Source of the DNA: Podarcis bocagei
Taxonomy: Eukaryota
Strand: one strand, 5' to 3'
NCBI GenBank assembly: GCA_964188305.1
Contig: OZ076885.1
DNA length: 64,000 bases
Positions within the stretch are counted from its first letter, which is position 1; each line of letters starts with the position of its first letter. Positions 23,190-60,230 of this stretch are shown piece by piece. The position numbers and the translations under genes were made by a program. Under the pieces are notes generated by a model. The model searched no databases. It was not told where the DNA came from and was given only the letters and a program-made list of their open reading frames with translations.

Positions 23190-24135
23190 ATATCCTTGGT
23201 GTAATCCTTGATGCCTCCCTTTCCATGGAGGTGCAGGTTACTGCAACAGCCAAGGCGACATTTTTCCATCTTTGCCGCATTAAGCAGCTGGTCCCTTACC
23301 TTTCCTGCCCCGATCTGGCCACAGTGATCCATGCGATGGTCACCTCCAGGCTTGACTACTGTAATTCGCTCTATGCGGGGCTGCCCTTGAAACTGTCCCA
23401 CAAACTCCAGCGGGTGCAGAATGCTGCAGCGAGGCTCCTCATGGGGTCCCTGCCATGGGAGCATATTCACCCAGTGCTTTACCAATTGCACTGGCTCCCG
23501 ATGGAGCATAGGGTCAGATTCAAGGTGCTGGTATTGACCTTTAAAACCCTTTGTGGCTTAGGGCCCTCGTATTTACGGGACCGCCTCTCCTGGCATGCCC
23601 CACAGAGGACCTTAAGGTCCATGAATAACCATAATTTAGAGGTTACGGGCCCTAAGGAAGTCAGACTATCCTCCACCAGGGCCTTTTCAGTGATGGCTCT
23701 GACCTGGTGGAATGCTCTGTCGCATGAGACTAGGGCCCTTCAGGATTTAACCTCCTTCCATCAGGCCTGTAAGACAGAGCTATTCCACCTGGCCTTTAAT
23801 TTGAATTCAGCCTGATTTTTTATTTCCCTTCTCTTCCCTCCCCCTCCCTTTTTATGAAGATTACCTGCTCTGAGACCACACAGCTAATTCTCCCCTGGCC
23901 TCCTCGCTGGCCCAAGTGGGACTAATTCAGCCAGCTAGCCCTGGTGACTATCTAATGCTTATTAGATGGATTTCCCCCAAATTGATTTTTGAATTTTGAA
24001 TTTTATTGTTATTCGTGTTTTTATAATGTAGTTTATGCTGCTTTTACAATTAAGTGTTTGAAATTTGTTGTTAGCTGCCCTGAGCCCGGTTTTCTGAACC
24101 GGGAAGGGCGGAGTATAAATAAAAAATTATTTTTA
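23190..24135 (+). mobile_element. 5'-truncated L2-clade LINE (RT C-terminus and 3' UTR)
   Basis: LGVILD.SLSME.QV...SRLDYCNSLYAGLP...LQRVQNAAARLL...LHWLP; 3' end gctgccctgagcccgg...gggcgg..tataaataaa. Confidence 0.88.
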
Positions 24136-25386
24136 TTATAGTATCCAGCATCTTCTCTCCCAAAGGTACTCTTGGGAACAGTATTATGTTAGAACATATC
24201 CCAGATCTGTTCCTGAAAAGAGGTTTGTTCTGATGGCAAATGCACAGGCAACAGTGTCCAGATTCCCACGTTCCCCATCCTAGAGAGAGATCCATGGGAT
24301 CTAGAAACATCCTTGCCAGTGCCCTTGGTGTTGTAAAACTGCATTGGTTCTGAGATACGGGGAGAAGGGTAAAAATGTGTCTTTAATGGGGTATGTCTGT
24401 TTACATTCTGAGTCATGCAGCTAAATGACCATAAATCAACCCTTTCCCCTCTCTCTTCAATACCACCTCTCCCCCCAAACTGGACAGGTGCCCAGATGCA
24501 GCAGAAACAATCTCATAAATAAGAGCTACTAAATAACATGCTTTGTGCACCGGCAGGGAGCCACAAACAAACTCTGCATGAGCTGAATGCCACCATCCAT
24601 CACTTTAATGGGTGTACTCTGGAAATTAAACCTGTCATGGCCCATCAGGGGGAATGTTTCAGCATGTGACATCCTGATAACACACACTTCTTCCATCTTT
24701 TTCTCTGCCTCGTGCCACCTTCTCCATGTGCTTCCACTTAACCTGTGACCTTTGCTACTTTGAAGCTCTGGTGTCAGATTATGAGGTCAGTTCTGAGGGT
24801 GTGATAGGGCTTGGCTCTTCTATCAGAATTCATGGGTGCTCATGTGCCTGAGAGAGCCATTATTTGCTACCTGGCTGTTTTAAGCACAGTTCTAGAGACA
24901 CAGGGTTTGCAGAAAAGGACAAGTGGAATCTCAGTTATGCCAGTTGGGGGAACACAAAGCTTACCTGAATGCAGGATGCTGAAGGAACATGTTCCTTATT
25001 ATTTCTGTCTTGAATATCCATGCCTGGATGACAGGGGCAAGGCATTGGGCGTAATTGGAAGAATCTCATCTGCATGAAAAGTGGTGGCGGTGGCATCCTG
25101 AAAGTAAGAGGATCGCTTCAGGGAAGTCAGTAATTTGAACCTAACATAAAACTGCCCCTCATTAATAGATTTACATTAGCAGCAGTTCTTCTCAATAAAT
25201 TGCAGGGGAATGCAGCAAAAAAATTCTGTTGACATCCCTGCATATAACCACCCTGCAAACAGATCAGTATGAAGGCTTGATAAAGACCAGACATAGTGTA
25301 CCTTCCACGCAAGCTTTTTCAGAAGAAAGCAAATCCAGATGAAAGCTCAATAAACGGATCATCCAGAATAGCCCTTTGGTGTAAAA

Positions 25387-25522
25387 CAGGCTTCCTCAAC
25401 CTCGGCCCTCCAGATATTTTTGGCCTGCAACTCCCATGATCCCTAGCTAGCAGAACCAGTGGTCAGGGATGATGGGAATTGTAGTCTCAAAACATCTGGA
25501 GGGCCGAGGTTGTGGAAGCCTG
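25387..25522. mobile_element. hAT-type palindromic MITE (related copy 37954-38089; degenerate relatives ~28210, 29630, 32370, 56250)
   Basis: Long TIRs CAGGCTTCC.CAACCTCGGCCCTCCAGAT; perfect 8-bp TSD GTGTAAAA. Confidence 0.88.
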
Positions 25523-28500
25523 GTGTAAAACGATCAGGGCTGCATTTCTTCACTTCAGCCGCTGTGTGTCACTGTTGCTCTGTACCTCTTATCTGTTTGT
25601 AAGGAGCTGTACTAACTAGTTCATTTTATGGCACTGCCTTTGAGGCAGGCCTTCCTAGGAAGCTGAAGGCAATAGTTAGGGAAGTTCTTCCCCAATCCTA
25701 AGATGTAGTACAGTATATCCCAGGTTCTGATGTCATTACACTACTCACTTACCAAACCAATGTCATTAGCTGCTGCTGTTGGCAAATGTAAGGTTCAACA
25801 AAATAGTGTGAGGACACAATGCAAGTTGTGCTACATATTACTGAAGGAGAGACGTGGCTTTTAACTGAAATAAAACCCCTCATCTTAGAAGCAGTAGCAA
25901 TTTGTATTCCATACTGTGGTGTACTCTATACCACAGGAAGGTAGAATCCTCTTGTGCTCTAATCCTGCATGTTGTTGTCCCACAGGCATCTGGGTGGCCA
26001 CTATGAGAACAGGATGCTGGACTAGATGAGCCATTGGCCTGATCCAGAAGGGCTCCTCTTGTGTTCTTATTTTGAATGCTTCAGTGCTAGGTCTCCAGCT
26101 TATTGAGATCACTTTAACTCTTTGGAAATCTCCTCACTCAAGCTCCATAAGCTGCAATTTTGCAGTGTTTCTGAAAGGAGGCAGCAATAGCTTCCTTCGG
26201 TATGAAATGTACACCTCCAGATTCCTCCAGCCATAGTGGTCTATACTCAAGACCTCAGGGCCAAACTGTGATATTAATTGTGTGGCATTCAGCAGCTATT
26301 TCCTTTGGGAGGGAAGGCTCCCATTGGCACAGGAGAAAATGGTTTAATTCTCCCTTCCGATTTCTTGCAGTTCTGATGCTGGTCTGATCTCCTTTGCCTG
26401 ATATCTATATTGGGGGGGGGGGGTACAAAAAAATGTTGATTGCATTCCTGCGGGTTATGTGTACTTTGGCCCTTAAGATGTGCCTTGCTGTATTGGCTGG
26501 AGGCCCGCCCTGTCCACCAATCTTTTCAAGAATCCCAGCCCCATTAGCAGCGGAGACACCAACCTCTGCCCCACCAACCTCAGGCTTGAACTCAAGCTGC
26601 ACTGAGTTTCCAGCAGGATATCAGCCAATGCAAGTGAGGCTTCAAGTATTGATGATGACTTTAAGGCCCACTTGGACTAGCTACACATTGGAGCGCCTGA
26701 TGTTCTGAAGCACAGTCAAACCCAGCAGAGCCTGAAGTCACCACTGATCAGCTGATTGATGCCGGCTTTAAACCCTGCTTTCAGCTGGGATCAGGTCTAC
26801 TTGAATACTCCAACTTGGAGCTCAGAAACTCTGTGAATACAGAACTCTGGAAATCTGGGAATAGAGATTGCATGAAGCCTAGGCTAGATGGGTAATTGAA
26901 CAGTTGACTCCTGGTGATACATGTTGCCAAGTGTGTAGCAGGATGCTTGTGAAGAAGGAAGTCTTTATTTATGGAACAGGTGAAGTACCAGCTGATGAAT
27001 GTTTGTGGTTGGATGACTAATGAACATTGAGGTTTCTGAGGTTTGTGGCTCAACAGCATGAAACAGGTAACAATTACATCTCTTACTGAACCATCTTTTG
27101 TTATTCTGAAGGCTTCTAGACCACACACAGTCCCTCGTCAGAAAAGGAGGTACAGAGCAAAAATAATATTTGACTTGCATGTGATATCAGGATGGATGTG
27201 TGTACAAACATACACACACACTTAATTTTGATTTGCCCAAGGTAAAACAGTTTCAAGTCTCCCCACTGGCTCTTTCTTGAGGGGTGGTGTCTTTTATTTT
27301 TGCACTTATATTTTAAGTATCATTGTGAGGAACTAATAAACATTAAATGTGGAGAAAATATGACTGAATTATGAATATTGCTATGGGGGGAAAGAATGAA
27401 ACATTGTTTGCCCACAGCTGTTCCTTCCTCTATGCCAGATTTCTACATGTAGCCACTGAGTTCCTCACCTTTTGTGTGAGGGCATGGGGCCTTGGAGTGC
27501 AAACATACTTTGCCCTGTCCATATAGTATTACATGTGTCCTCTTACTTTGTAGAGCAGGAGTACCCAACATAGTGCCTTTGAGATATAGGACCACAACTT
27601 TGTGGGATATAATGCACTGAGAGCAGTCAAGTACAACATTCCTTGTTTTCCTAGAGTGGACATGCAAGGGAATATTTGGTCCAGCCAGTCGAAACTTCCT
27701 GTTCCTCCTGGCCTGAAGGACATTCCTTGCATGTGACTGGGGGTGAGCGTGAGCTTTCCAGACCTGGTAAAAGGACAAGGCATGCTGCCTCGCTGCCCCC
27801 CCCCTTTCCATCTTCCTTTTGTCCTGCAAACTTCCCAGACTGCTCACTGCAGTCATTGGGTCAACCCACATGTGGGGTAAACCTCTTTGTATATGCTTGT
27901 AACTTTAAGCCTTAAGCCTGCCTTCAGGGATCACACTGTGCTCTGCCTGATCGTGAGTAAAATTTCTTTTTATTATGAATAAGACTGTGGTGTCTTTATT
28001 CTTTTAGGAGGGATTCAAGGGGTCTTACCAGGAAAATAATAGAACACATTGCAATGTGGGCAATCCAGATTGAATTGCATATTGTCTTAAGAAACTCGTA
28101 CAAATTTGCAACTAGTTTTCTGCTGTGTAAAGGTGAATGCACTATGCTAAGTAAAGGAACTTGCTAGTGCAAGTTAGAAAGGATATTAATAATCAATATA
28201 TCTTCTCCTGCCACCCTGAACATTCCCAGAACTTCCATCATTCTTGATGACTGGCCCTGCTGCTTAGGACCACTTGGAGCTGTAGACCAAGAGCATCTGG
28301 AGAGCATCGTGTTGGCTACTCCTGGCATAAGCAATACAATAGCTGAGTGAAAGCACAGCAATACCAGTAGTGTTGCTATTGATAACTCATTCCCTGGAAG
28401 ACCACACACATGGAAAGTCAGCGTATTAAGTAACCTAATCTGCTTCCTACTTGCAGCCTGATCTTATACATGCTTATCTTCCTGGCATCATCATATGAGC

Positions 28501-29215
28501 ACCAGAATGTACAGTTTGTAACCCCCTAAAGGCCATAAAAGGGGCTTATAATTCCTACTACCTGGGTTACTATTGCAATCCATCTTCCATGCAGTATCTC
28601 TAACCTCAGCATGTTGCAAATGGCTCCTAAGTACCTCCCCCAAACTATCCATTTCAACTATTTGTGAATGTGTCAGGTTCTGGACCAGTTTTTCATTACC
28701 TCCAACTACATGTGTTTTTTTTTCTTATTTCTCCAATGAGAGGGATTCTACCCAGGAGGCTGGAATTTCCTCTTTTCCTCACCAGCCAACATTGTGGAGA
28801 CAATATCTAGAGCCCTGTCTCTTCCTCATTAGCGAGGGTTGAAGCAATTAAATTGCAGGGTGGAAAGGTTCTGTCATGAAGGGTTTTGTCAGAATACATG
28901 GATGGGGAGAAAAATGCCTTGAAACCACAGCAAAGCAAATCGCAGCTTGCTAGTATGCTGAAGTAAATGCCTTTATACCATCGTGAGGAGAATCCCAAGG
29001 CATGTGCTTCCCCTCCCTGCTCCAAATACACTAATAGAACAATTACAAGATAAATATATTCCAAACACACATAAGTTAAGTGGCACAGTTTCACCAGGGC
29101 ACCAGCCCAGGCAGAGTCTTTTTAGTCTATGAGCAAAAGGAGGGCACCAATCCTTTTTCAGTGATCTAGAGTTGGTTGCTGGATGCCCCCCCCCCTTGTT
29201 GGGCTTATGGTCCAC

Positions 29216-51655
<22,440 letters not shown>

Positions 51656-52092
51656 GGCCCCCGCTCCCCAGGAGCCTTTGGGGAAAGCGGCGAGCCCCTT
51701 CGGCACGCCGTCGCAAGGGCGAGATCTCCTCCGCTCAGCGGCCAGACAGACTCCAGGCTCCTTCTCGCGCGGGGTCGGAGGCTTGGAAAGGCTTCCGCTC
51801 CTGCACGCGCACCTGCTCGCCCCCTCCTCTGGAGCCACTTCTTCTCCTCGGTCGCTCCTCCTTTCCCTCCCGCCTCCGATCTTGCCTGACACGCGAGGCA
51901 ATTGTTTGAAATCTCCTCCCCACCTGTCTATTGGCTCCCGGCCCTTTTGTCCCTACCGCTGCGGATCAGGAGCTGCTGCCCAAGTCATGAATAACACACT
52001 TTGGAAGGCAGTTCTGGAGTAGCCTGAATAAAAGGGTAGGCTTCTTCAGAAGAGGGAGCGCTCACACCCAGTGCATTTACTGCAGAACCCTT

Positions 52093-52346
52093 CAGGCATG
52101 TCCAAAGTCCGTTTCGGGGGCCTAATCCGGCCCGCCAGTCTGTTTAATCCGGCCTCTGTGGCAGTTTATTTCCTGGAGTAAAATCCTTTAAAAATCCCCT
52201 CAACTCTCAACTTCAACCCTAAAAAAAGCCCAACAACTTCAATCCTTAAAAAAAGGTTAACAACTTTGGTTGGCCCTTTGGTCGGCCCTCACGGCCCTTC
52301 ACTTCATCAAATCTGGCCCTCTTTGAAAAAAGTTTGGACCCCACTG
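52093..52346. mobile_element. hAT/Charlie-like MITE upstream of the MNX2 promoter
   Basis: CAGGCATGTCCAAA...GGCCC-rich...TTTGGACCCCACTG termini; no clean TSD. Confidence 0.6.
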
Positions 52347-55300
52347 CAAGGCTTACAGAAATCGTGGTGGCTGCTTCCAGAGGATACGGTCTTGAGAACC
52401 ATCGCGGCCCCTTTCATAGGGTAACATGGAGATCACGCTGCTTTGTCAGCTGTTCACCTGGGAAATAGGGGGCAACCCTTCTCCACTGGTTGGCAATACA
52501 TGCTGAGGACTAGTAACTTGTGGGCTTATAATTGCAAAGCTACAGTAGCCCCCCTAATTCTTTGCCATGTGGCCACAGTATTATACTCAAGAACTGTTGT
52601 CCTGGTTGCTAGAACTATACCGAGGGGCGCCCTTGTACTCCTGGGGAGGTCTGTACTAAAGCAAATGTTCCTTTATAAGAGAAAGACACAATAATCTCAA
52701 TCTCACGGGACTCTAATTCTGCGCATAAACCAGCCCTGTTCCTTCTGATGAAGAGCTCTGTTTGCCCCCCCCAAAAAAAACCCTACCAATTTAAACTGGT
52801 TCCACAACCACAGAGCAAAGCTTTTTACGTATTTTGCTTAATTTGGTGGCAGATTAGAACACGCAGATAACAAACTTGTGTTCTCCATTGCCTCTAGAAA
52901 ACGCTCAGTGACACCCCCAAGATGAAGCAGCCGGCTCCCCAATGGTCTTGACTCTCTGCGGATGCGAAAACCGGAGGAAGCAGGAAGGAGGCAGGTGCTT
53001 TGGGGGGGGGGCACAACCCACTAGCCCAGTTCTGAAGTCCCAGCAGAAAAAAATAAATTGGATCCTTTTCCCCACTTCTGGGAGAAGAGATGTCAACTCA
53101 AATGCATTTCATACTATAAAACTAAAATGTGTCTTCTATTTGCCAAGATGATTGATAGATAGCTATTCCGCGCCCAGAGTCCTTCGGGTGCCTGATATTA
53201 AATAAAACTATTTATTTATGTGCTGTATTACTCCGTTAGACTTGTACCCTTCCTAGAGCTCAGAACGGAAAGAAGCATTCTTCACAGCACATGCATTTTA
53301 TATTGAAATGTTAAATTTGCAACACATGACGCCCACAGAACCCCAATCACATAATAATGAATCAATATTAAGAAATAAATTTGTCCATGATGCCCAATGA
53401 GATTCCATTGGAATATTAATTATATAATCACCCCTAAATTCATATTGCCCCCCATATAGCTGCCACTGAAGCAGCAATGTCCTGTTCTCATTGGACACAA
53501 TGGGACTTACTTCCGAGTAAGCAAGATCTTAATACAATAAATCGGTGGTGAATACCAGTGCATTGCTTTATTTCATAACTATTATTATTGATTCAATCTG
53601 TTTGCAGTTTTAACAAGGGCAGGGGTTACTTTCTTTCTAATTTTTCAGTTTCGCACAATCGCATTCTATCCTGTTTGCCGAAAGGACTTCTATCATTTGT
53701 CTTAGATTTATAGAGAGCATCGAAGACTATATAAAATCAAGATTTTAATCGCGGTTGCCAGCTAAACACACCAACTAGCAATCAGTTAGCAATCATTAGT
53801 CCCGGGACTCTGCGCCCAGTTTGGGGTAGTAATATAGTAAATACATTGAGATCATCGTTATATTAGGTCGTGAACAGTCATTTTTGTCTTCTTCAAGGCC
53901 TATACTTGCCTTTTCCCCACCTGAAATCCTGGAGCCAGTTGCGGGATGACCTATAGGTGTCCTCACCTGTTTTGTATATCAGACTTTGCAGGAAGCCCCG
54001 AACAATTCAGCTTTCTTTTGATATCCTTTACCTTCCCTTTCTAAGTTTCTATTCCTTATGTGAAGGATGCGTGGAATCTTTTGGAAGAGCAATGAAGGAC
54101 AGTTGAACACACTCCATTTCATGTAATATTCCTTTTAAGCTCCTATTTATTGGGAGTTAAAGATTAAATATGGTGCTGCTATTCAAAAGTGGAAGTTTTA
54201 ATTTTATATCAATGTGTTTCATGTTTCACTCATATTGCTTCTTATTTTAACCTTATTGGCATATTCATATGGGGTGACGGTAATGTCTGAACAGTTTAAT
54301 ACTTAGCATAATTTATTATCAATGTTCTATGTACTGGATGGTTTTAGATGCGTAGGATATTTTATTTATCCTTCCTCTTCTTACTTGTGTAAGAATGCAA
54401 ATACCTATTTCAGCAGAGTAATTTCGCTATCTGTGTGCAACTTATCTTTAGAAGCTTTTAGAGACAAGATGAGGGAGGGACTGAAATGAGATCAGCAACC
54501 CTCAGTGCATCAGGCTAGCACTTGCGGGAAAGTCAATGCATGTTTGTTCCTAAAAAAAAACGTTTAGAAGACTTGGAAGTTCCTCTCACAATCTAATCTT
54601 TCCCATTGCAGACACATCAGCCTCCAGTGCAAAGCTGAATTTCATTTAAAAACTTCCAACATAAACTGTACACATGGCTGAAAAACCCAATTGCCACCTG
54701 CATGTTAAAGTTTTATGGGTGCACCTAAATGCTTTGCATATTCTCCCTAAAACCATAATGTGTGATGTGACACTTAATGGATTGTCAATCGCTTTAGACC
54801 AACTGTATTTAGGCTTTAGATAAAGGTGGTGGATACACCTATGAATGAATTCACAATTTCTTTAGAGATGGTGGTGGTCCATCCTATGAGCAAGGAAGTC
54901 TCACTGGTTCCATTCTGTTACTTCCCAGTATGTCACTTTCTGTGAAGCTCAGAATTGAAACTAGCAGGAAGATGCTTGTAGGAAGGGAGCAGGGAGTCAT
55001 TTGGTAGAATTCAACCTACATGGTGGTGCAAAATATTTTCTATGGCTCCTCACAGTGGGAAAAATCCAAGCTGGCTTTAAACCAACATTTCCCTCCCTGT
55101 CTCCTGCCACTGGCCAAGGCCATAAACATTTGGGGAAACAAGCTCTTCATAACAACAGGAATCAGACAAACAATTAATTTTGTCCTTATCTCTCCTGGGG
55201 GTAATTTAGCATTTCATATACACATTTTTTTCCTTCAAGGGAGAGAAGTGGTTGGATCAAAGGTTAATGATCCCCAGCGTCAATCTAAAGTCAACAGTTT

Positions 55301-57709
55301 GCTCTGCATGAAGGATCTCTTTAAACAGCAAAGGAAGGCCTTGCTGATTACGTCTCAGTGGGAAAACTGGAGAGAATGGAAAATAATGTGGAAAACGACC
55401 AGCAGCGGAGGCTGGTCCATTAGAGTGAATGGGGGAATACTCCATCTGCCTCCAGCCAGCCCCTTCCTCAACAGATCAAGCCAGAGCTTTGAGTAAGGAG
55501 TTAGGAGTTATGTGAGCCAGAAGTGGGAGGCAAAAGAAGCCAGAAGAAAAATAGCAGGCAGAGCATGATGGTTGATGTCTATTTAAATCCCGGGCTGTAT
55601 TTATGGGAGAAGCAAGATCCTCTTGGGGTGATTATGCTGTGAAACCCCTCCATCTTGGGTTAAGATTGTATATATGCACAAATAAATGATAAAGACAGTC
55701 TCTGCCGGGTCTCATTTCCAAAAGGAAACACAAACCCTGGGTAAGTGATCCTGGAAACCCTGGAATCTTGGAGCACTCGGAGATGGCAGTTTCATACAAC
55801 CAGAGTTTTTTCCAGCTGGAACTCAGTTCTGGCCCCTCTCAGGTGGGTGCTGTCACCATTATAAGAGAACAAGGGAGGCATACATGGTGAGTTCTGGCAC
55901 CTCTTTTTCTAGAAAAATAGCACTGCGTACAACACTATTAATTGGGAGAGCAGTTTGGAAGCTGGAAGATCCCTAAGGGAATCATTCAGAGAGCAACTTA
56001 TTCCAGTGGCCACCTGATTTCATAGCCAACATTTCTCTGCTTGACAATTAACTTTAACATGCTGTCTTTAAGAGTCCAGGGCAATGGGGAGGGGTGAGTG
56101 GCAGGCACAGTCCTAAAAGGCAGAAGTTAAAGCTGGACAAGTTCATACTGTAAGGCTCCAAGCAACGATTAGGCAAACCTCCCAGAGAAAAAGGGTATGT
56201 CTACTCCTCCCATCATTCCTACTCTGCAATGCCAAACAGGGAACTCTGACAGGGTAGCCAACGTGGCGTCCTCCACTTGTTATTGGACTCTGATTCCCAA
56301 TAGCTACAGCCATCATGGCCACCGGTCAAGAATGATGAGAGATGTAGTCCAGCAATATTTGGATGGCACCACATTAGCTATCTCTGCAGGACATTCTTTG
56401 GTCATACACATGACTATAAATCCACTGGAGATGGGTTGATCTGCATTTCCTGAGGATTAAATCTACCGCCAATGTCTAATTGGCCAGCTGCTGGATAAGC
56501 CATAGCACGGGTCTTCCTATTTAATGTAATCAGTAGATCTGCGGCCAGGAAACCCCAGCTGGGACCAGGTGCCCTGGAAATCCCACAATCTCCTCTTGAG
56601 GTCTAGATCCTGCAGTGGAAGAGCTGGGCCTAAGACTAGGGCAAGGGGTCTAGGCAAGGCTCAAGACAGAATAGAAGTGCTGGCTGGAAGGGGCGGGCAC
56701 CAGTCAGTGATAGATGCCAGCAGCACTGATGAGTTCAGAGTCTGCAGGTCATCAATCAGACCCAAATCAGATTAAGGTGTCCAGGCTCTGATTAGCTTCA
56801 TTTCCCATTGAAGGAAGGTGCGAGTCCATTGCCATCCGTCACAACTAGGCTGACAGCTCACTTGGCCAGCAGCAAGGATGCATGGGTGATTAAAGTCAGC
56901 AAAAGAGCAAGTGTGGTAGCATTTCTGCCTGCACACCCAACTAAAAGGCAAGGAGAATTGGAAGAGGTTTCACCTGAATGTGAAGGCCCTGGTAATATGG
57001 AATAATTGCCAATTTGGGAAGGTTCAAAAAGAGAAGGGTGGGTGGGGAATGATCAAGGTAAAAGTGAGTTTCCAGCTAGATATCAAAGGTTAAATAGGAC
57101 ACGAAAATCAGACGGAGACAAGAGGTTCCTTCTTTTGTTCTCCCGTTGCTCAAGGCCATTAACAACAAAATATCCAGTAAATCTGTGAAAACAAAACTTT
57201 AAAGCCACTATAAGAGAAAACAGTTTGAGAGTAATCAGATAAAAATGTTTACTGCTTGGTCAAAGGGCACCAAATTTTATACACAAAAAGAAAGACTTCC
57301 TAACCTCACCTACCTCACTGAACGGAAGAAAAAAATGCAAGAAACAACAAAAATTAAAAATGATGGGTGAAAAGGCATGTTGGATAGGAAATACTGTCCT
57401 GTCTCTTACACACCTAGCACCTTTTGATATGCCACCTAGCATCTTGTGATGATCTCTCTCTTGAAGCTAAGTACCTTTTAATGCCCTTGACCCCCGGGGC
57501 CATTAAAAAGGACTACCTTTTGCTATGTACTTGAGTAAGTTTTCTCAAAAGGAAAAGTGTGGTTTTGAGCCAGGTCCTTGTGCTTGAATGGAAAACTGCA
57601 TTTAGTGCAGAATACCTGCAGCACAACTGCTGACAGAAGTGAGACCTTGTCAGCATATAATACCTGTGCTCAGATGTCTGCACTGGTTGCCAATTCGCTA
57701 CTACTGGGC

Positions 57710-58165
57710 CAGGTATATTAATATATAAAGCCCTTAACAACTTGGGACCAGTTTACCTGTGAGATCACCTTACCCATATATGCCCACTCAACCATTTTAA
57801 TCTGTAAAAGTGGCACTGATACAGGTACCGCATAATAGCTATTCTGCATACGCAAGAAAACAATCTTTTAATGTGGTGGCACCTATACTTTGAAATTCCC
57901 TGGTTATTGACATCAGGCAGGCACATTCACTGTACTGTTTTTGGTGTCTGCTGAAAACATTTTTGTTTAGACAAGGCTACCTAGCTATGTAGAATGTTGA
58001 TGTGTGTTTCCATCTGTTTTTAGTTTATCACTGATTTTAATTTTTCTTGAAATGTTTTAAATTTCAAGATTTTATTGTAATATTCTTTTTGTAAATCACT
58101 TCGAGGTTTTTTATTAAAAAAAACAAACAGCGTATAAATATTACGAAATTTAAAATAAATAAATG
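57710..58165 (+). mobile_element. Old L2 3' fragment
   Basis: YKALNNLGP.YL.DHL-like remnant and an AT-rich L2 tail ending aaataaataaa. Confidence 0.65.
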
Positions 58166-59126
58166 GAGGGGCTGATGCCGTTTACCCCTACTCTCTATCT
58201 TTGCTATGGACATGACCCCACACCCTTCTTCAGAGAAGCTTTTCATTAGCACACTTTTCCACTTGGCCTAGCAGTTCATTAAAGCCAGAGGGGTTTGTTT
58301 GAGGAGTAGCTTCATTAAATAAACAGTATCTTTGAAGAGTGGGCTGGTTGGGAGGAAACCTGCCTTGTTTACTTTCCCCATTAAGTCTGTGTGCTGGGAA
58401 GGGTAGTTCTTCTCCCTGCTTTGTCAAAATGGTTTGTGCTCCTCAACCACAGGCCTCCTTCCTCCTACTCCATCCTGTCCTTTAGCTCCCCCATATCTTC
58501 ACATCCAAGTGTCTCATACGGATTCCCTTCCAGTCTTCCACTGCTTGTTCCAGATAGAAGATCACAGTAGCAGAACTTTGGGTGGGGGGCAGAACAGCCA
58601 AGTATGTAAGCTCTTTTTCTTTTCTTTCAACACAGCATCTCTCATGGCCCTCCACAATGAGCTGTAGGCAGGAATCTGAGTCCATTGAAAACATTTTGCT
58701 TACCTGAGATAAGGTGCATAGTATCCATCAAGTTATTTTGGCATATAAGACAGAAAATCCCCAAAATGCCTCTACCCTTTCCTGGTAGCAAAAATACAAT
58801 AATACGTTAAATAACTAGCAACTTGCTGTCCTTTCATGGCACCCAAAACCAGCTGCCTGAGACAGCTGCCACACTCTGCTATATTGTAAGGTCAGCCCTG
58901 CAAATAGGGAATAGGGAATTTCAGCATGTGTGACTTACTCTTACATAGAAAGTTTCCTTTTCCTAAACTGTTCATGCAGCCCTGCTTCAAATAAGGACAT
59001 CAGAAAAGGTGATATAAGAAGAACAGCCTGCACCCATATGGGCCTGCCTGAGCTTTAGGATCTGCATCAGAGGTCCTGTTCATTGATTTGCTATTAAGAG
59101 CTATTCGATGGACGCATACCAGGGAC

Positions 59127-59510
59127 TGTAGGAAAATCTGCAGTCAAAGTGACAATCATGTTTGCTAAATAAGCATATGAAAGGGTTAAGGCTCACAGAG
59201 TTCCTGCATTCCTAGACTGGTCGGTGTGACATCATATCTCCTACTTCCTGTGGCAGGAAATAGGACAAAGGATCTTAATCTTTTCTCCTTGCCTCAGTCT
59301 CTCTCTTCTTTCATGCCAGCAATGTGAACACTCCATTTTGGAAACTAATTTTGTATTTTGTAACTAAGAAGCATTTTCACCTGCATACTGCAGGTATACT
59401 TAATATATTTGCTGCCTGCATTGAAATGTAAGTAAACATTTTTTGTTTTTATATCTGGTACATTCTAAAATGTCTGGAACATTCTTAGCAACAGGAACAG
59501 AGAGGGGAAA
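59127..59510 (+). mobile_element. Possible degenerate solo LTR
   Basis: TG start, AGGGTTAA / GTGACATCA motifs, AGTAAA-type polyA signal; boundaries and TSD not confirmed. Confidence 0.3.
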
Positions 59511-60230
59511 GCTTAGCAGACCACAAGTAAACTGGAATAAGAGGTGTAATTGTCTAATCTACGGCGGCTACTCTACGGCGGCTAGTGCTCCAGGAGAGCA
59601 GGCTGGGGCCCAGAGGAAGGCCGCGCGGCAGAGGAGACCACAGAAGAGATTACTTCTTTATATATATATTTAAATAATTTTTAAAATAACTTTTTTTTCT
59701 CTTTTCAAAAAAAGAAAAGTGACCTGGGATTGTTTTAAAAAAATCTGGTAACCTTATTCTGGCATCACGTGCTGTTCAGCATCTCTTAGCTACAATTTAA
59801 TAAAATAAGAAAAGGGAAGATTTGGCCATCAAACCAATCATATCCAGCAGCCTTTTCTCACGGCACCCAAGCAGGTGTCTGTGGGAAACTCACAAGCAGA
59901 CCACAAGTAAACTGGAATAAGAAGTGTAATTGTCTAATCCATAGCTTCCAGTAAGCTGCAAAAGCACATGTGTTTTTATTCTGCTAAAAGGGTTTCACAG
60001 CCTGTTTACTCTCATATTTCTCCCACACATGGGACAGGAGGTTTAAATTTAAATTTTCAGATTTAACCCTCAATTCATCCCCATCAGGGACAAGGCTTTT
60101 TCAGCGGTGGTTCAGAACCTCTGAAATATATGTGATTTCATTGCTGTTGGTCTTCAAGCAGCCCTTTAAAACATTTCTTCTCTCCCTGCTTTTAAAAACA
60201 AAAACTGATAACTTTCAGTAAGTTGTAATA

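Noticed and set aside
27470-28050. Possible solo LTRs (also ~55340-55800)
   Set aside because: LTR-like composition, but I could not fix TG...CA ends or a TSD.
52745-52765. CTGATGAAGAGCTC as a second hammerhead
   Set aside because: No closing stem II or GAAA box follows.
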